This document shows positions 40,492-53,169 of a stretch of DNA of 64,000 bases, one piece after another. The first letter of the stretch is position 1. The number at the start of each line of letters is the position of its first letter. The notes below the pieces were generated by a model. That model worked only from the letters and a program-made list of their open reading frames with translations, searched no databases and was not told the DNA's origin. Location of the stretch: positions 2,604,001 through 2,668,000 of the forward strand of contig NC_043000.1 of the NCBI RefSeq assembly GCF_006345805.1, in the 5' to 3' direction. A program made the translations under genes and the position numbers. The DNA is from Octopus sinensis (taxonomy: Eukaryota).

Positions 40492-41255
40492 CAGTACAGT
40501 GCAAAAGTCTTCGGTCACTTTAAATTATTGTAAATTTCTACTAATTGCCAACTTATGAGTGGCTGTTTTGCATTGTGTTTTTCACAGATGAAATATTAGC
40601 CCTGTTGGTGTCATTTCCATACCTAATCATTATATTTTGTAGTAGGGGTTCAGAACGAAATGGGAAGATGTGAGATGACCACTAAAAATGGCCGTGCAAA
40701 AGTTTTTGGCCACCTCACATAAATCAATCAAGGCCAACCCCGCCTCAAATGGCTTCTGTGCCGGTGGCACATAAAAAGCACCATCCGAACGTGGCCGATG
40801 CCAGCACTGCCTTGACTGGCTTCTGTGCCGGTGGCACATAAAAAAGCACCAACCGATCGTGGCCGATGCCAGACCCCTCTGGCACCTGTGCCGGTGGCAC
40901 GTAAAAAGCACCCACTATACTCGCGGAGTGGTTGGCGTTAGGAAGGGCATCCAGCTGTAGCAGCCCCTGGCTCCCCAGACCCTGGTCGAACCGTCCAACC
41001 CGTGCTAGCGCAGAAAACGGACATTAAACGATGATGATGATAATGACACAGTGTTTTAAAACTGAAAAATGTATGTCATGAAAGTTTATTACATAATGTT
41101 CATTTCAAGAAGTTACTGTACATTGTTAATATTTCATGTGGCTTCCCTTAGCTTGAATAATTGTTTCAATGTGCCTAGGAAGAGATGTGTACAAATCCTT
41201 CACAGGTCTGAGATGAACTTTCTTTGTTGTTTCTCTGGTTGTAAATGTTGCTTCA
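40492..41255 (-). mobile_element. Tc1-like 3' remnant with an inserted repeat
   Basis: DLYTSLPRHIETIIQAKGSHMKY C-terminus and a cagtacagtgcaaaagt TIR-like end. Confidence 0.65.
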
Positions 41256-42110
41256 GTTAAGAGATTTTTTAGGTTGGGTGCTTGACATCTGCTGTATTTT
41301 GAATCTGTTATTAATTTGCTCATTTTTAATGATTGTTGAAGAACTGGGAGATATTTTTTTGCAGTATTGATGATTTTGCGATTTCTTGGGTTGTGGCTGA
41401 AGACAAAAGGAATGCCTATGAGTTCATTTTTATTTTTGTATTTGTTTTCCTCTGAGGTCCGTAGTTGGGGTGTTTTTTGTTTTGGTGTTTACTTTGTCAA
41501 TCTAGTAGGGTACTTTTGTTCTTTTAGAAATATTTTTAATGCTTGTAATCTTTTATCCCTTAATTCTGCATCTATTACTATCATTCATCATCATTGTTCG
41601 ACCGTGGTCAAGACAATGGAATTTACCATGCTACGCTAGACTTTACGGTCCATCATGGCATTACGGAGGTCCTGTTGCTGGATGCCTGTATCCCTGGAGA
41701 TTACATCAGGGTAGGAGAGTGTGCGCCCTCTGGTATTGCGAGTAGATGGCTTCCAGAGGAGAAGAGTAGAAATTACCTCTTTTTCAGCTCTACAACAATG
41801 TCCAGCAAACTGGACTCTCCTACCTTTCACCTATTTCTATAGTGCAAATTCAGTATAGGGTATGTTTCTTTTGGTATGGGAGGAATGAAAGTTCAGATAT
41901 TGCTGTATGTCTGTAGTTTTGTAGAAGAGATCTGTTTTTATGGTGTTATCTTCTTTAATTAGAATTATGTTTAAAAATGGTAATTCCTTTGTGTGTTGTT
42001 CCATAGTGAATTTTATTGAGGTATGTAAATTATTTAAAAGTGAGTGAAAGATTCCGAAGTCTTCTTGGTTTTTGGTCCAAAATATAAAATAGTCATCCAA
42101 ATACTGCTTC
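41255..42110 (-). mobile_element. Penelope-like element RT remnant
   Basis: YLDDYFIFW...NNLHTSIKFTME...LPFLNI...TDLFYKTTDIQQYLNFHSSH.KRNIPY and linker QAPNLKNLL; interrupted at about 41585-41836. Confidence 0.85.
41585..41836 (-). mobile_element. RTE-group LINE 3' fragment nested in the Penelope remnant
   Basis: RRVQFAGHCCR...LLLWKP...RGR...AMMDRKV with a (TGA)n tail. Confidence 0.7.
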
Positions 42111-42472
42111 TTAATTGTCTTTTTACATAATTGGATAAATGTTTCTGTTGGTTAGCAATACAGTTTTGACCTCTGAGAAGCCCGTTACAAGTTCGTATGT
42201 ATTCATTTATAAGTTATTAGATCTGTTTATGAAAACTATACTAGGAAATGTATGAAAATTAGTTTTAAAAAACCGCAAAAGGCAAGCCTGAAATGTAATC
42301 CACTATGAATTCCAATGGGGGTCGAAGTCTGATACAGAAGCATGTAATTTTCCTAAGTGATCTGCAAGAGTTGTTCCCCTTGATGCCAAAATTCTAGTAA
42401 TTTACGATAGCAGCCTCCGTAACAATATGCAACTGTTTCAGGCATGTTATCCATCATATTAGTAATTTTAAT

Positions 42473-42896
42473 GGCGATCTTTCGTCTCTAGTAGACCTTT
42501 CCGTCGATTTCCGTAAAAAAATTTTTTTTTTTACATATGGGCTTGCGGGAACTTTTGAAGTAATATACATACATATACACATACACCGAGTAAAAACTTT
42601 CAGTTATCTCTTTCTTTCACACATTACTCTGTCTCTTCACACACACTAACAGAAGCACTTCACTTACACAACATACTGTCTGTCTCCCACACCCCATCAA
42701 ACACACACACGCACACACGTGTACATCAATGCTTCCCCTAGACGGCAACTTCAAAAGAACTTCCCTCTTCATACAATCGCTTTCTCTTAGTCTCTTTCGC
42801 TCTCATTACTTCAAAAGTTCCCGCAAGCCCATATGTAAAAAAAAAAATTTTTTTACGGAAATCGACGGAAAGGTCTACTAGAGACGAAAGATTGCC
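42473..42896. mobile_element. MITE with ~92-bp TIRs and an 8-bp target duplication
   Basis: GGCGATCTTTCG... / ...CGAAAGATTGCC; ATTTTAAT at 42465-42472 and 42897-42904. Confidence 0.85.
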
Positions 42897-43939
42897 ATTT
42901 TAATTGCTCTTTGAATCTTATCGCTTGATTACATCAACTACACTTCAAAAGTTGATCAAACTACTGAAATCTATTACAAATAATGTAAACAGTACAGTAA
43001 TGAAATTGACCTCGGTACTTGACTAGTATTGCATTATCTTTTAGTAACTCTTTCAGTGTGCAAAGCAAATATATTCACCTAAAATTTCGTTTCTTTTCAC
43101 TGTTGAAAGCAGTTTTATATACCAATCTATATTTTGTCATGTACTGCCTTCTGAGAGACATGCTGGGTTTACTGAAGCAACACGGCTTGCAGAAAATACC
43201 AATTCTATTTTTGGGTAAATATTTAACATCATTACTGGAATAGTCATAAAATTTAATTTCCCAGCAAAAGGATTCATGGCAGGATTTCAACTCAGAATGT
43301 AAAGGAATATTTCTAAATATCTATTTCTTTACTACCCACAAGGGGCTAAACACAGAGGAGACAAACGGATTAAGTCAATTACATCGACCCCAGTGCGTAA
43401 CTGGTACTTAATTTATCGACCCCGAAAGGACGAAAGGCAAAGTCGACCTCGGCGGAATTTAAACTCAGAACGTAACGGCAGACGAAATACGGCTACGCAT
43501 TTCACCCGGCGTGCTAATACTTCTGCCATCTCGCCGCCTTCTAAATATCACAAGGCATTTTGTCTGATATACTTGCTCCCTGACGCCCAGCAAGGCTTCT
43601 GCTCAGGAAGAAGCTGCCTCACACAACTTTTGTAGCATTATGACTGGGTGTTGAACCATCTTACACTGACTATTGTTATGATAACCCTTGCAGTTCTTAT
43701 AAACTCTTCAAACAATTCCTTATTTAACCCACCGCAATTTTTTTAATCCTTAGGTAATGTGTTGACTATTTGATTTTAACTTACTTTATTCTAAATAATA
43801 GACAATTTTACTCAGTATAAACATTAAGTTAAATGTTTTTCTAGTTATTAGTTTTATCTTCTTTCTCAAATAAGGTCTGACCTTTCAACTGATAGATTCT
43901 TTGCAAATAATTAATGGATACTAACATATTTCTGAATAC

Positions 43940-44430
43940 AATCAAAATCAAAATAGAAATCGATCAACATCAATGGAAATTGTAGCTGTGATACCAGTGC
44001 CGGTGGCACGTAAGTGAACCGTTCGAACGTGGCCGTTGCCAGCGCCGCCCCGACGGGCCTCCGTGCCGGTGGCACGTAAAAAGCACCATCCGATTGTGGC
44101 CATTGCCAGCCTCGCCTGGCCCCCCTGCCCGTGGCACGTAAAAGGTACCATCTGATTGTGGCCATTGCCAGCCTCACCTGGCCCCCGTGCCAGTGACACG
44201 TAAAAAGCACTATCCAATCGTGGCTGTTTGCCAGCCTCGTCTGGCACCTGTGCCAGTGGCACGTAAAAAGCACCCATTACACTCACGGAGTGGTTGACGT
44301 TAGGAAGGGCATCCAGCCATAGAAACATTGCCAGATCAGACTGGGCCTGGTGCAGCCTTCTGGCTTCCCAGACCCCAGTTGAACCGTCCAACCCATGCTA
44401 GCATGGAAAGCAGATGCAAAATGATGATAA
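43940..44430 (+). mobile_element. Repeat family D: short retroelement with variable internal ~60-bp tandem units and a (GAT)n tail
   Basis: Copies at about 10808-10930, 16450-16740, 19890-20250, 24850-25180, 27960-28280, 30680-30890, 40715-41045, 45745-45958 and 61700-62080. Confidence 0.85.
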
Positions 44431-46359
44431 ATTTATTAACTGTTACCTTTAAATTAACCTGGTGTATTACACATACAAATTTCATTATTTCATGACACAC
44501 ATTTATTTGTTTATGCTGGTCAGTCTTCCAGTCATCAAGTAAACCAATTCTCTATTTTACTTCTCAGACTTTTTTTTCTAATTTTCCTATTTTTGTCTTT
44601 ATTTTGATAACCCCAAGCTTCCTCTTGGGGTTAAAAATGATGATAATGTCAGTTCCTACAGAACAGCCATGAAGTGGCGATAAACCTTACTTCTCAGTAC
44701 AGTTTCTACTTTCATCTCTTATAAAGATTTTCTAACGAGCTACTTTGCTCTAATTCATTTATCTTACTTGGCTGTATTCTTCCTTTTCCTTTTTCTCCTC
44801 TCCACTTTTATCATGATTAAGTAAAAGAAAAACTAATGCCAACTATAAATTAATATGGTAAATAATTGGGTTATTTTTTTAGGGCATTGTCAGAAACAGC
44901 CTTTGAACTTGTCTCCGTAGGGTTAGATGTTTGCTTGGCACCTACTCTTTACTCTTTTACTCGTTTCAGTCATTTGACTGCGGCCATGCTGGAGCACCGC
45001 CTTTTAATCGAGCAAATCGACCCCGGGACTTATTCTTTTGTAAGCCCAGTACTTATTCTATTGGTCTCTTTTGCCGGACCGCTAGGTAACGGGGACATAA
45101 ACACACCAGCATCGGTTGTCAAGCAATGCTAGGGGGACAAACACAGACACACAAACACTCGCATGCATATATATATGTACATATATACAACAGGCTTCTT
45201 TCAGTTTCCGTCTACCAAATCCACTCACAAGGCTTTGGTCGGCCCGAGGCTATAGTAGAAGACAACTGCTCAAGGTGCCATGCAGCGGGACTGAAACCGG
45301 AACCATGTGGTTGGTAAACAAGCTACTTACCACACAGCCACTCCCTGTTATATTTGGATAAGTTCTACCTCTATTGGCCTTTGTTAGAAGCAGTTGCTAA
45401 ATTTAACGATTTCTGTAGATCTGAATACTTCTGTCTTTATATTTATGACCTTATTCCCCTCTTGATCAGCTTGTTGACACATCCACCTTAAATTTCTTAA
45501 AATGTTGGTATTCTTATTAGAAATTGCACTTGTTGAGACCACTTCATTTGTGAAGCTCCAAGGAAGCTATAAGGTAATGTACAAACACTCAACTATGATT
45601 ACATCAAATGCTTTTACTATATATCCTCGTTCTTATCAGCTTGATAAATAGGAAACTAAATTAATATTTTTGCCAGGAAACCTATGGTAGCTGTTTTTTT
45701 ACAGGATATTTTTGTAGTTTTTATTATAATTATATATATATATATATGCCGATGCCAGACCCCTCTGGCACCTGTGCAGGTGGCACGTAAAAAGCACCCA
45801 CTACACTCGTGGAGTGGTTGGTGTTAGGAAGGGCATCCAGCTGTAGAAACACTGCCAGATCAGACTGGAGCCTGGAGCAGCCCCTGGCTCCCCAGACCCC
45901 GGTTGAACCGTCCAACCCGTGCTAGCGCGGAAAACGGACGTTAAACGATGATGATGATATATATATATATATATATATTTAGGCACAGGAGTGGCTGTGT
46001 GCTACGTAGCTTGCTTACTAACCACATGATTCCAGATTAGTTCCCACTGCATGGCACCTTGGGCAAGTGTCTTCTACCATAGCCTCAGGCCGACCAAAGC
46101 CTTGTGAGTGGATTTGGTAGACGGAAATTTATATATGTATGTATGTCTGTGTTTGTCCCCCAACATCACTTGACAACTGATGGCGGTGTGTTTACATCCC
46201 TGTAACTGAGCGGTTTGGCAAAAGAGACCGATAGAATAAGTACTAGGCTTACAAAGAATAAGTCCTGGGGTTGCTTTGCTCAACTAAAGGCGGTGCTCCA
46301 GTATGGCCACAGTCAAATGACTGAAACAAGTAAAAGAGTATATGTATGTGTGTGTGTGT

Positions 46360-47460
46360 GCATTACTTTTGATTACAAAAAGGCCTTTGATAGCATTGAG
46401 ACAAAAGCAGCGTTGTAATCCCTGGAAATGCAAGGTGTCAAGGCACAATACATCAAACTGCTCAGAAATCCGAACTCTGGATGCATAACAGATACGACTC
46501 TACTACCACCACCATTAACCCTTTAGTGTTTAAACCGGCCCTATCCGGCCAAAATATTCTACCTATTTTATGTCAGATATGGTCATTCATAGCTACCTTA
46601 TTGTGTCATTTTAAAAATAAACAATCACATCATTGAAATCTCAAAGCCATGAAATGATGCAAGATTAATTTTACATGGTGTGAATACATAAGCTTTACAT
46701 TTGACAGAATAATCTGAATGCTAAAGGGTTAAGGGTTCCAGTTGGGAAGGATGTCGAGCAAAGAGATGCCATCTCTCCAAAGCTCTTTACCACATGTCTA
46801 GAAATTGTTAGCAAGGACATCAACTGGACATCAATGGTGTGAACATCAATGGTGAACAACAAGCACACCTCTGATTCGCACCTGACGTTGTACTCATCAT
46901 TAAAACCACAGGCTAAAGGGCAGGATGAAAGGTGTTTACGTCAATAAAGGACATGCTTAAAAACTAAGCCAGACAAGACCATATGTGCCAGAGTCTTCAG
47001 TAGCACTGTGCTACCTACGCTCTTAGATGCAAGTGTGATGTGGACTTCTTTCCTCAAAGAGGATAGAACATCAATTGGTTACAACACAATAGGCCACGGA
47101 AAGATTCAGGTTAGAAGTATCATTATGACAGCATATTTGAAATGGGATAATTCGAGAATGGAGCAAAGTGAATGATATAATAATAATAATAATAATAATA
47201 ATAAACATTGTGTACAGTGCTCAGGTGCACTACAACTCATCTAAAGTGCATATATAATCAGGTGTAGTAATCCTGAAAGCCAAATACAAATTCCACTGGA
47301 CATGTCAGAAGGCTTGCAGACAACAGGTGGATCCACAAAGTTGCTGAAATAGTGTCTAAGAGACAAGATTTAGAGGTCAAGATGGAAAATGACACAATCA
47401 AGACAGAATCGGAGGCACATTGTGACCAGCGGTATACAGTAGCATCTGATGGTCAGGTTG
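46360..47460 (+). mobile_element. Old RTE/BovB-like LINE remnant with nested insertions
   Basis: FDYKKAFDSIE, DAISPKLF, decayed HL*FA.DV and WTCQK/DNRW-like segments. Confidence 0.7.
46519..46728. mobile_element. piggyBac-type MITE
   Basis: TTAA|CCCTTTAG...CTAAAGGG|TTAA. Confidence 0.85.
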
Positions 47461-47463
47461 ATG

Positions 47464-47512
<49 letters not shown>

Positions 47513-47765
47513 ATGTGTAGATTATATTTAAAATTAGTTTAGATAGGAGACTTTAAAATGTAGCATCCAAACCTAGTAGTGTGTCTTGAGAGCAAGTTCC
47601 ATTTTATGGCTGTGTGGTAAGTAGCTTTCTTACCAACCACATGGTTCCAGGTTCAGTCCCACTGCGTGGCACCTTGCGCAAGTGCCTTCTACTATAGCCT
47701 CGGGCCAACCAAAGCCTTGTGAGTGGATTTGGTAGACGGAAACTGAAAGAAGCCTGTCATATGTA

Positions 47766-47804
<39 letters not shown>

Positions 47805-48099
47805 TTGTGTGTCTGTGTTTGTCCCCTCAACATCGCTTGACAATTGATGCTGGTGTGTTTATGTCCCCGTAACTTAGCAGTTTGGCAAAAGAGACCGATA
47901 GAATAAGTACTAGGCTTACAAAGAATAAGTCCTGGGGTCGATTTGCTTGACTACATGCAGTGCTCCAGCATGGCCACAGTCAAATTACTGAAACAAGTAG
48001 AGTAAAAAAAAGTGTGTATATATATATATATATATATACATACTTGGAAATGGATGCGTGGCATTCCATCATATAATAACAAAATAATAAATAAACCAT

Positions 48100-48407
48100 A
48101 TGCATATATACATACATATATGTACGTACCTGCATCTATATGTATATATACATGCATATATGGGTACAGGACACCAAAAAAACGTCGAACACAATGAGAA
48201 ACGAAAACATAAACACAAAACCAAGGAAAATTCCCCTTCTTCAGCTGCTTCTGTTTCGTCTACTCCGTGTTATGTCCATTTCCTTGGTTTTGTGTTTATG
48301 TTTTCGTTTCTCATTGTGTTCGACGTTTTTTTGGTGTCCTGTACCCATAAATGCATGTATATATATACATGTAGAGGTAGGTACGTACATATATGTATAT
48401 ATGCATA
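48100..48407. repeat. Palindromic element in (TA)n; single-arm relative at about 2355-2595
   Basis: Arms of about 130 bp (gggtacaggacacc...accaaggaaa and reverse complement). Confidence 0.85.
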
Positions 48408-48457
48408 TATATATATACACATACATATATATATATACACATACATATATATATATA

Positions 48458-49040
48458 ACCTGTAAGTTCTACCTGTGGGGCAAATGTTGGCATGGTGAGG
48501 ACTGCAAAAGCTGCCGGTTTGCCCACCCGACACCCCGCCAGAATTTCAGGGGACTCAAAGAGAAAAACTTTACCGAGGGAACACAAGAAATGTCTCCCAG
48601 GAAAACTTTCAAAAATGAAGTGCGCTCCTCAGATGTTCTGCGCAACGCAGCAGCTGAGCAAGAGTCTTTTTTATGCATGGCGGAAAGAATTGTCCGGCAG
48701 CTAACTTGGCTACACCAAGCACAGAGAAGGAACCCTGCCCACCACTATGCAAGGCCATCACAGTCAACAGACACGGGATGGCCTCCCCTAACGCCTGCAC
48801 AGCCATCACCCCAATACTTTTACTAAATATTGGGGGCCTGTTGCATCAAAATAGAAACAAGATTTCTTTCCTGAGAGGTCTTACTGCATGCAATCAAGCC
48901 CTATGCATAGCACTTGTGGAAACTCACCTCAACCTTGATATAGAGGACGCAGAAGTACACATATTAAACTGCCATACTGCGAACAGACAGAAGGAAAAGG
49001 AGCCATGGTGGAGTTGCTGTATACATCCGAGATGACCTCA
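48458..49040 (+). mobile_element. CR1-group LINE 5' fragment (ORF1 end with CCCH finger, start of endonuclease)
   Basis: [23 protein letters not shown], then LLNIGGL...ALVETHL. Confidence 0.7.
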
Positions 49041-52000
49041 AAACCAGAACAAATACAAGCTGCCCCAGAAATATGCAGACATAGTGCGTAATGCCCCAAC
49101 AAGGAGAAGGCGCACATTTGCAGAGGAAATGCAGACGGCGGCAGCAGAACAAAGAAATTTTGTGGAAATGGCAGAGAAAATTGTGGGACAACTGGCCTGG
49201 ATACATCGTCTTCAGAGCCAGGGGCACTCACAACAGCACTCAAGACCACCACAATCAAGGGACCCAGGTGGCCACCGCTGACGCCGGCCCAGGTGCCACA
49301 CCGTCAGCCTTTATTGACACCCCGGGTGTCTCACCAGTGCTCTGCTGAATGTCAGAGGTCTGGTGAAACCCACTAATATGGGTAAAATTCCTTACCTTAG
49401 GGACTTGAGCACAAGCAACCATGCAATATGCATAGCGCTGACTGAAACGCACCTGTCAAGCAGTATAGCAGATGCAGAAATACACATACCGAAGTATACT
49501 GTTTTTCGGTCGGACAGGAAGGAAAGAACTCATGGTGGGGTTGCCCTGTACGTCCGTGAAGATGTCACACCCATAGTACTGTTGACACACTCAAACTCAG
49601 TCTGTGACACTGATAGTACACATGAAACAACCGAAAATAGTAATATGTGTCACATATCGGCCACCAGAACACCCCTAGTCTGAAGGAGTGTTTGAAGATA
49701 GCCTCAGAAGAATAGAAGAAGTCCTGGACAAACTGGACCAGGGTAACACCATTCTACTGCTGGGAGATTTTAACCTTCCGAAAGTCAAATGGCCAGATGG
49801 CCATCTCCTCCCTGGAATGACATCACTTGAACAGAGACAGACAGAGTCCTTGTTGGCTCTCACACGCAAGTTTTTCATGGAGCAAGCAGTGCTTTGGCCA
49901 ACAAGAGGTGAGAATGTCTTGGACCTCTGTTTCACAAGCAACCCGATGCTCATCCACACATAATGGTAACACCAACAATTCTCTCAGATCACAACTTAGT
50001 AGAGGTAATGATATATGGTATGAGAGAGTTAGTTGACGCAGCCATTAGAAAATACCACAGGCCTATCCAGTCTAAACTTCCATAAGGCAAACTGGAAGAA
50101 GATCAACGAAGAGATCCGAAAACATGACTGGAGTGACTTCATCACCACACAAGACACCAACACACATTTCCAACATTTCATGACAACAATACAGAACATA
50201 TGCCATAAGTTTGTCCCGGAGAAAAAGCCAGCAGGCATAGGAACGTTATTCCCAGAGACAGGAAAAACTTATGAGGCGAAGAGCTAAGCTCTCGAAGCAA
50301 CTGAATGCACGGCAGAGAAACAATGAGGGACTCCACCTGAAACTTTTTGAAACGGAAACTGCACTCAAACTTTCCTATGAGAGGAGAGGGCAGAGAGAGA
50401 AGCCAGGGCCATAGAGAATATTAAAAACAAACCCTAAAGCCTTCTTTAAATTTGCGAAAGAAACCACCTCGGTACACTGCAAGATTGGCCCACTCTTTGA
50501 TAAAAAGGGCTCTCTAACTGAGGACCCCCAAGGGATAAGTGAAATACTAAAGGAACAGTATAAAAGTGTGTTCACATCCCCTCTGGGGCACATGCAAATC
50601 ACAAACCCAGAAGTTTTCTTTGATGCCACAACACTCCAAAACCAAACAACAACCATCGACCACATAGACATAACAGAGAGGGATGTAATATCTGCCATAG
50701 AAGAAATGAGAATAACTCAGCTGCTGGACCAGATGGATTCCCAGCAGTCCTCCTAAAAACTGCAGGCATGCCCTAGCGGGACCACTGAAGAAGCCTTCAG
50801 TGGTTCCTTGGCTAACGGTAAACTGCCCAGGGCGCTAAAAGAAGGCACCATATGCCCTATCCACAAAGGAGGGAGTAGAGCAGAGGCCAAAAACTACAGG
50901 CCAGTCTCCCTGACGTCACACATAAGTAAGGTCATGGAACGAATCATCAGAAAAAAACTGATCACGTTCCTCGAAGAAACTAACCGTCTCACTGACACAC
51001 AGCATGGCTTTCGCCCAGTAAGAAGCTGCCTTACGCAGCTGTTACAACACTACGACTGGGTACTGAAACAACTACTGGATCGCTCACAGGTGGATGTGTA
51101 TATCTCGACTTTGCGAAGGCCTTTGACAAAGTCGACCACGGAGTGATATGTCACAAATTACTCAGACTCGGCATAACAGGAAAAGTAGGTGAGTGGATAC
51201 ATGACTTCCTGAAGGACAGAAGCCAGATGGTTGCAGCCAATGGAGCCCTCTCGGGAAAGACACCAATAGCAAGCGGGGTGCCACAGGGCACAGTCTTGGG
51301 ACCCTTGCTGTTTTGGTGGCGCTCTCTGACATGCCCTTGGTAGCACAAACAACATCCCTCACTAGCTATGCTGATGACACAAAGGTAGCACAGGCAATCA
51401 AAAACCCAGCTGATGCTGACCTTTTACAACAAGATCTGGATGCCATATACAAATGGGCTGAAGACAACAACATGCAATTTAATGCTGGTAAATTTCAAGC
51501 CTTACAATATCAAGCTGTAAACACATATACATTACAACACCACTATACTGGTCCAGGGGATCGAAATCCCAGTATCGAAATCAATACGGGAGCTGGGGAT
51601 AGACATGAGTGACGATGCATCTTTTTCTTCACACATCGCGAAGGTGGCGACAATGTGCAGACGACTCACTGGCTGGATCCTGAGGACATTCCGGACAAGA
51701 GACTGCGAGACCATGTGACACTATGGAGGACATTTGTCCTAAGCCGCCTGGACTACTGCTCCCAACTGTGGTCGCCGCATAGTGTCAAACTAACCACAGA
51801 GCTTGAGACAATCCAAAGACATTTCACCAAGAGGATTTCCACCATGAAAGAAAAGAACTATTGGGAGAGGCTTAGGGAACTCAATTTGTACTCCTTGGAA
51901 CGAAGACGAGAGAGATATGCAGTGATATACATATGGAAAATCCTGGAGGGACTAGCACCAAATTTTGGAATTGAGAGCTGTTCCAATCCCCGTACAGGAC

Positions 52001-52350
52001 GTCACTGTGTGGTGCCAAAGGTCCCGTCTTCCACATCCAGGGTAAGGAGCAGATACTGTAATAGCCTGGGGTTCAGGGGCCCTCAGCTTTTCAACAAACT
52101 GCCAAGAAAACTAAGAGATCTACATGATGCGGATGTGGACATTTTCAAAAAACATCTAGACAAGCTGCTTTCCGGGATCCCAGATGAACCCACTGCAAGG
52201 TACGAAGGTAACCTAAGGGCAGCAGCTACAAACTCTCTCTTAGATCAGTGGCCAGCCACGGCAAACTGGACTTAGAGAGGTAGCAACAAGGGCGGGTGCC
52301 CAGCATGGCCTCAGCCGGATGGCTGAAACAAGTAAAAGAGTAAAAGAGTA
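49040..52350 (+). mobile_element. CR1-group LINE, frameshifted ORF2, related to 35291-38441
   Basis: ALTETHL, GDFNLP, NYRPVSLTSH, GVPQGTVLGP and YADD motifs; 3' stem-loop and (GTAAAAGA)n tail. Confidence 0.93.
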
Positions 52351-52457
52351 TATACATATATATATATATACATATATATATACGTATATACATATATATA
52401 TATATACATATATATACGTATATACATATATATATATACATATATATACGTATATAC

Positions 52458-52488
<31 letters not shown>

Positions 52489-53135
52489 CGTATATACATA
52501 TATATATATATATACATATATATATACACATATATATATACATATATATATATACACATATATATATACACATATATATAAGAGAATTTAAGGCATATTG
52601 TAAACACGGTTCATTGAATACTAACTACCCTTGCAATCGGTAGTAATATGATGGAATAGAAATACTATCACATGTATTTTGATTACTATGTTGTGAACAA
52701 CCGCTATAGGAAATTCACCATTCCTCCTATCAAGTACCCTCAGACACGCGCAAAGAATTGAATGTGTTTGGTAACATGCCAAGAAAAACGAAGCGAATGA
52801 ATTGTGCATCTAAAGAACTTCGTCTGAATTTCACGGCTGTGTGGTAAGTAGCCTGCTTACGAACCACGTGGTTCCGGGTTCAGTCAAACTGCGTGGCACC
52901 TTGGACAAGTGTCTTCTACTATAGCCTCAGGCCGACCAAAGCCTTGTCAGTGGATTTGGTAGACGGAAACTGAAAGAAGCCCGTCGTATATATGTATAAA
53001 TGGCGGTGCCCCAGCATGGCCACAGCTCGTGAGCTGAAACTAGAATCAATCATATATACACACATATATATATCATATACATACGTATTTATACATATCA
53101 TATACATACATATATATACATACACATATATATAC

Positions 53136-53169
<34 letters not shown>

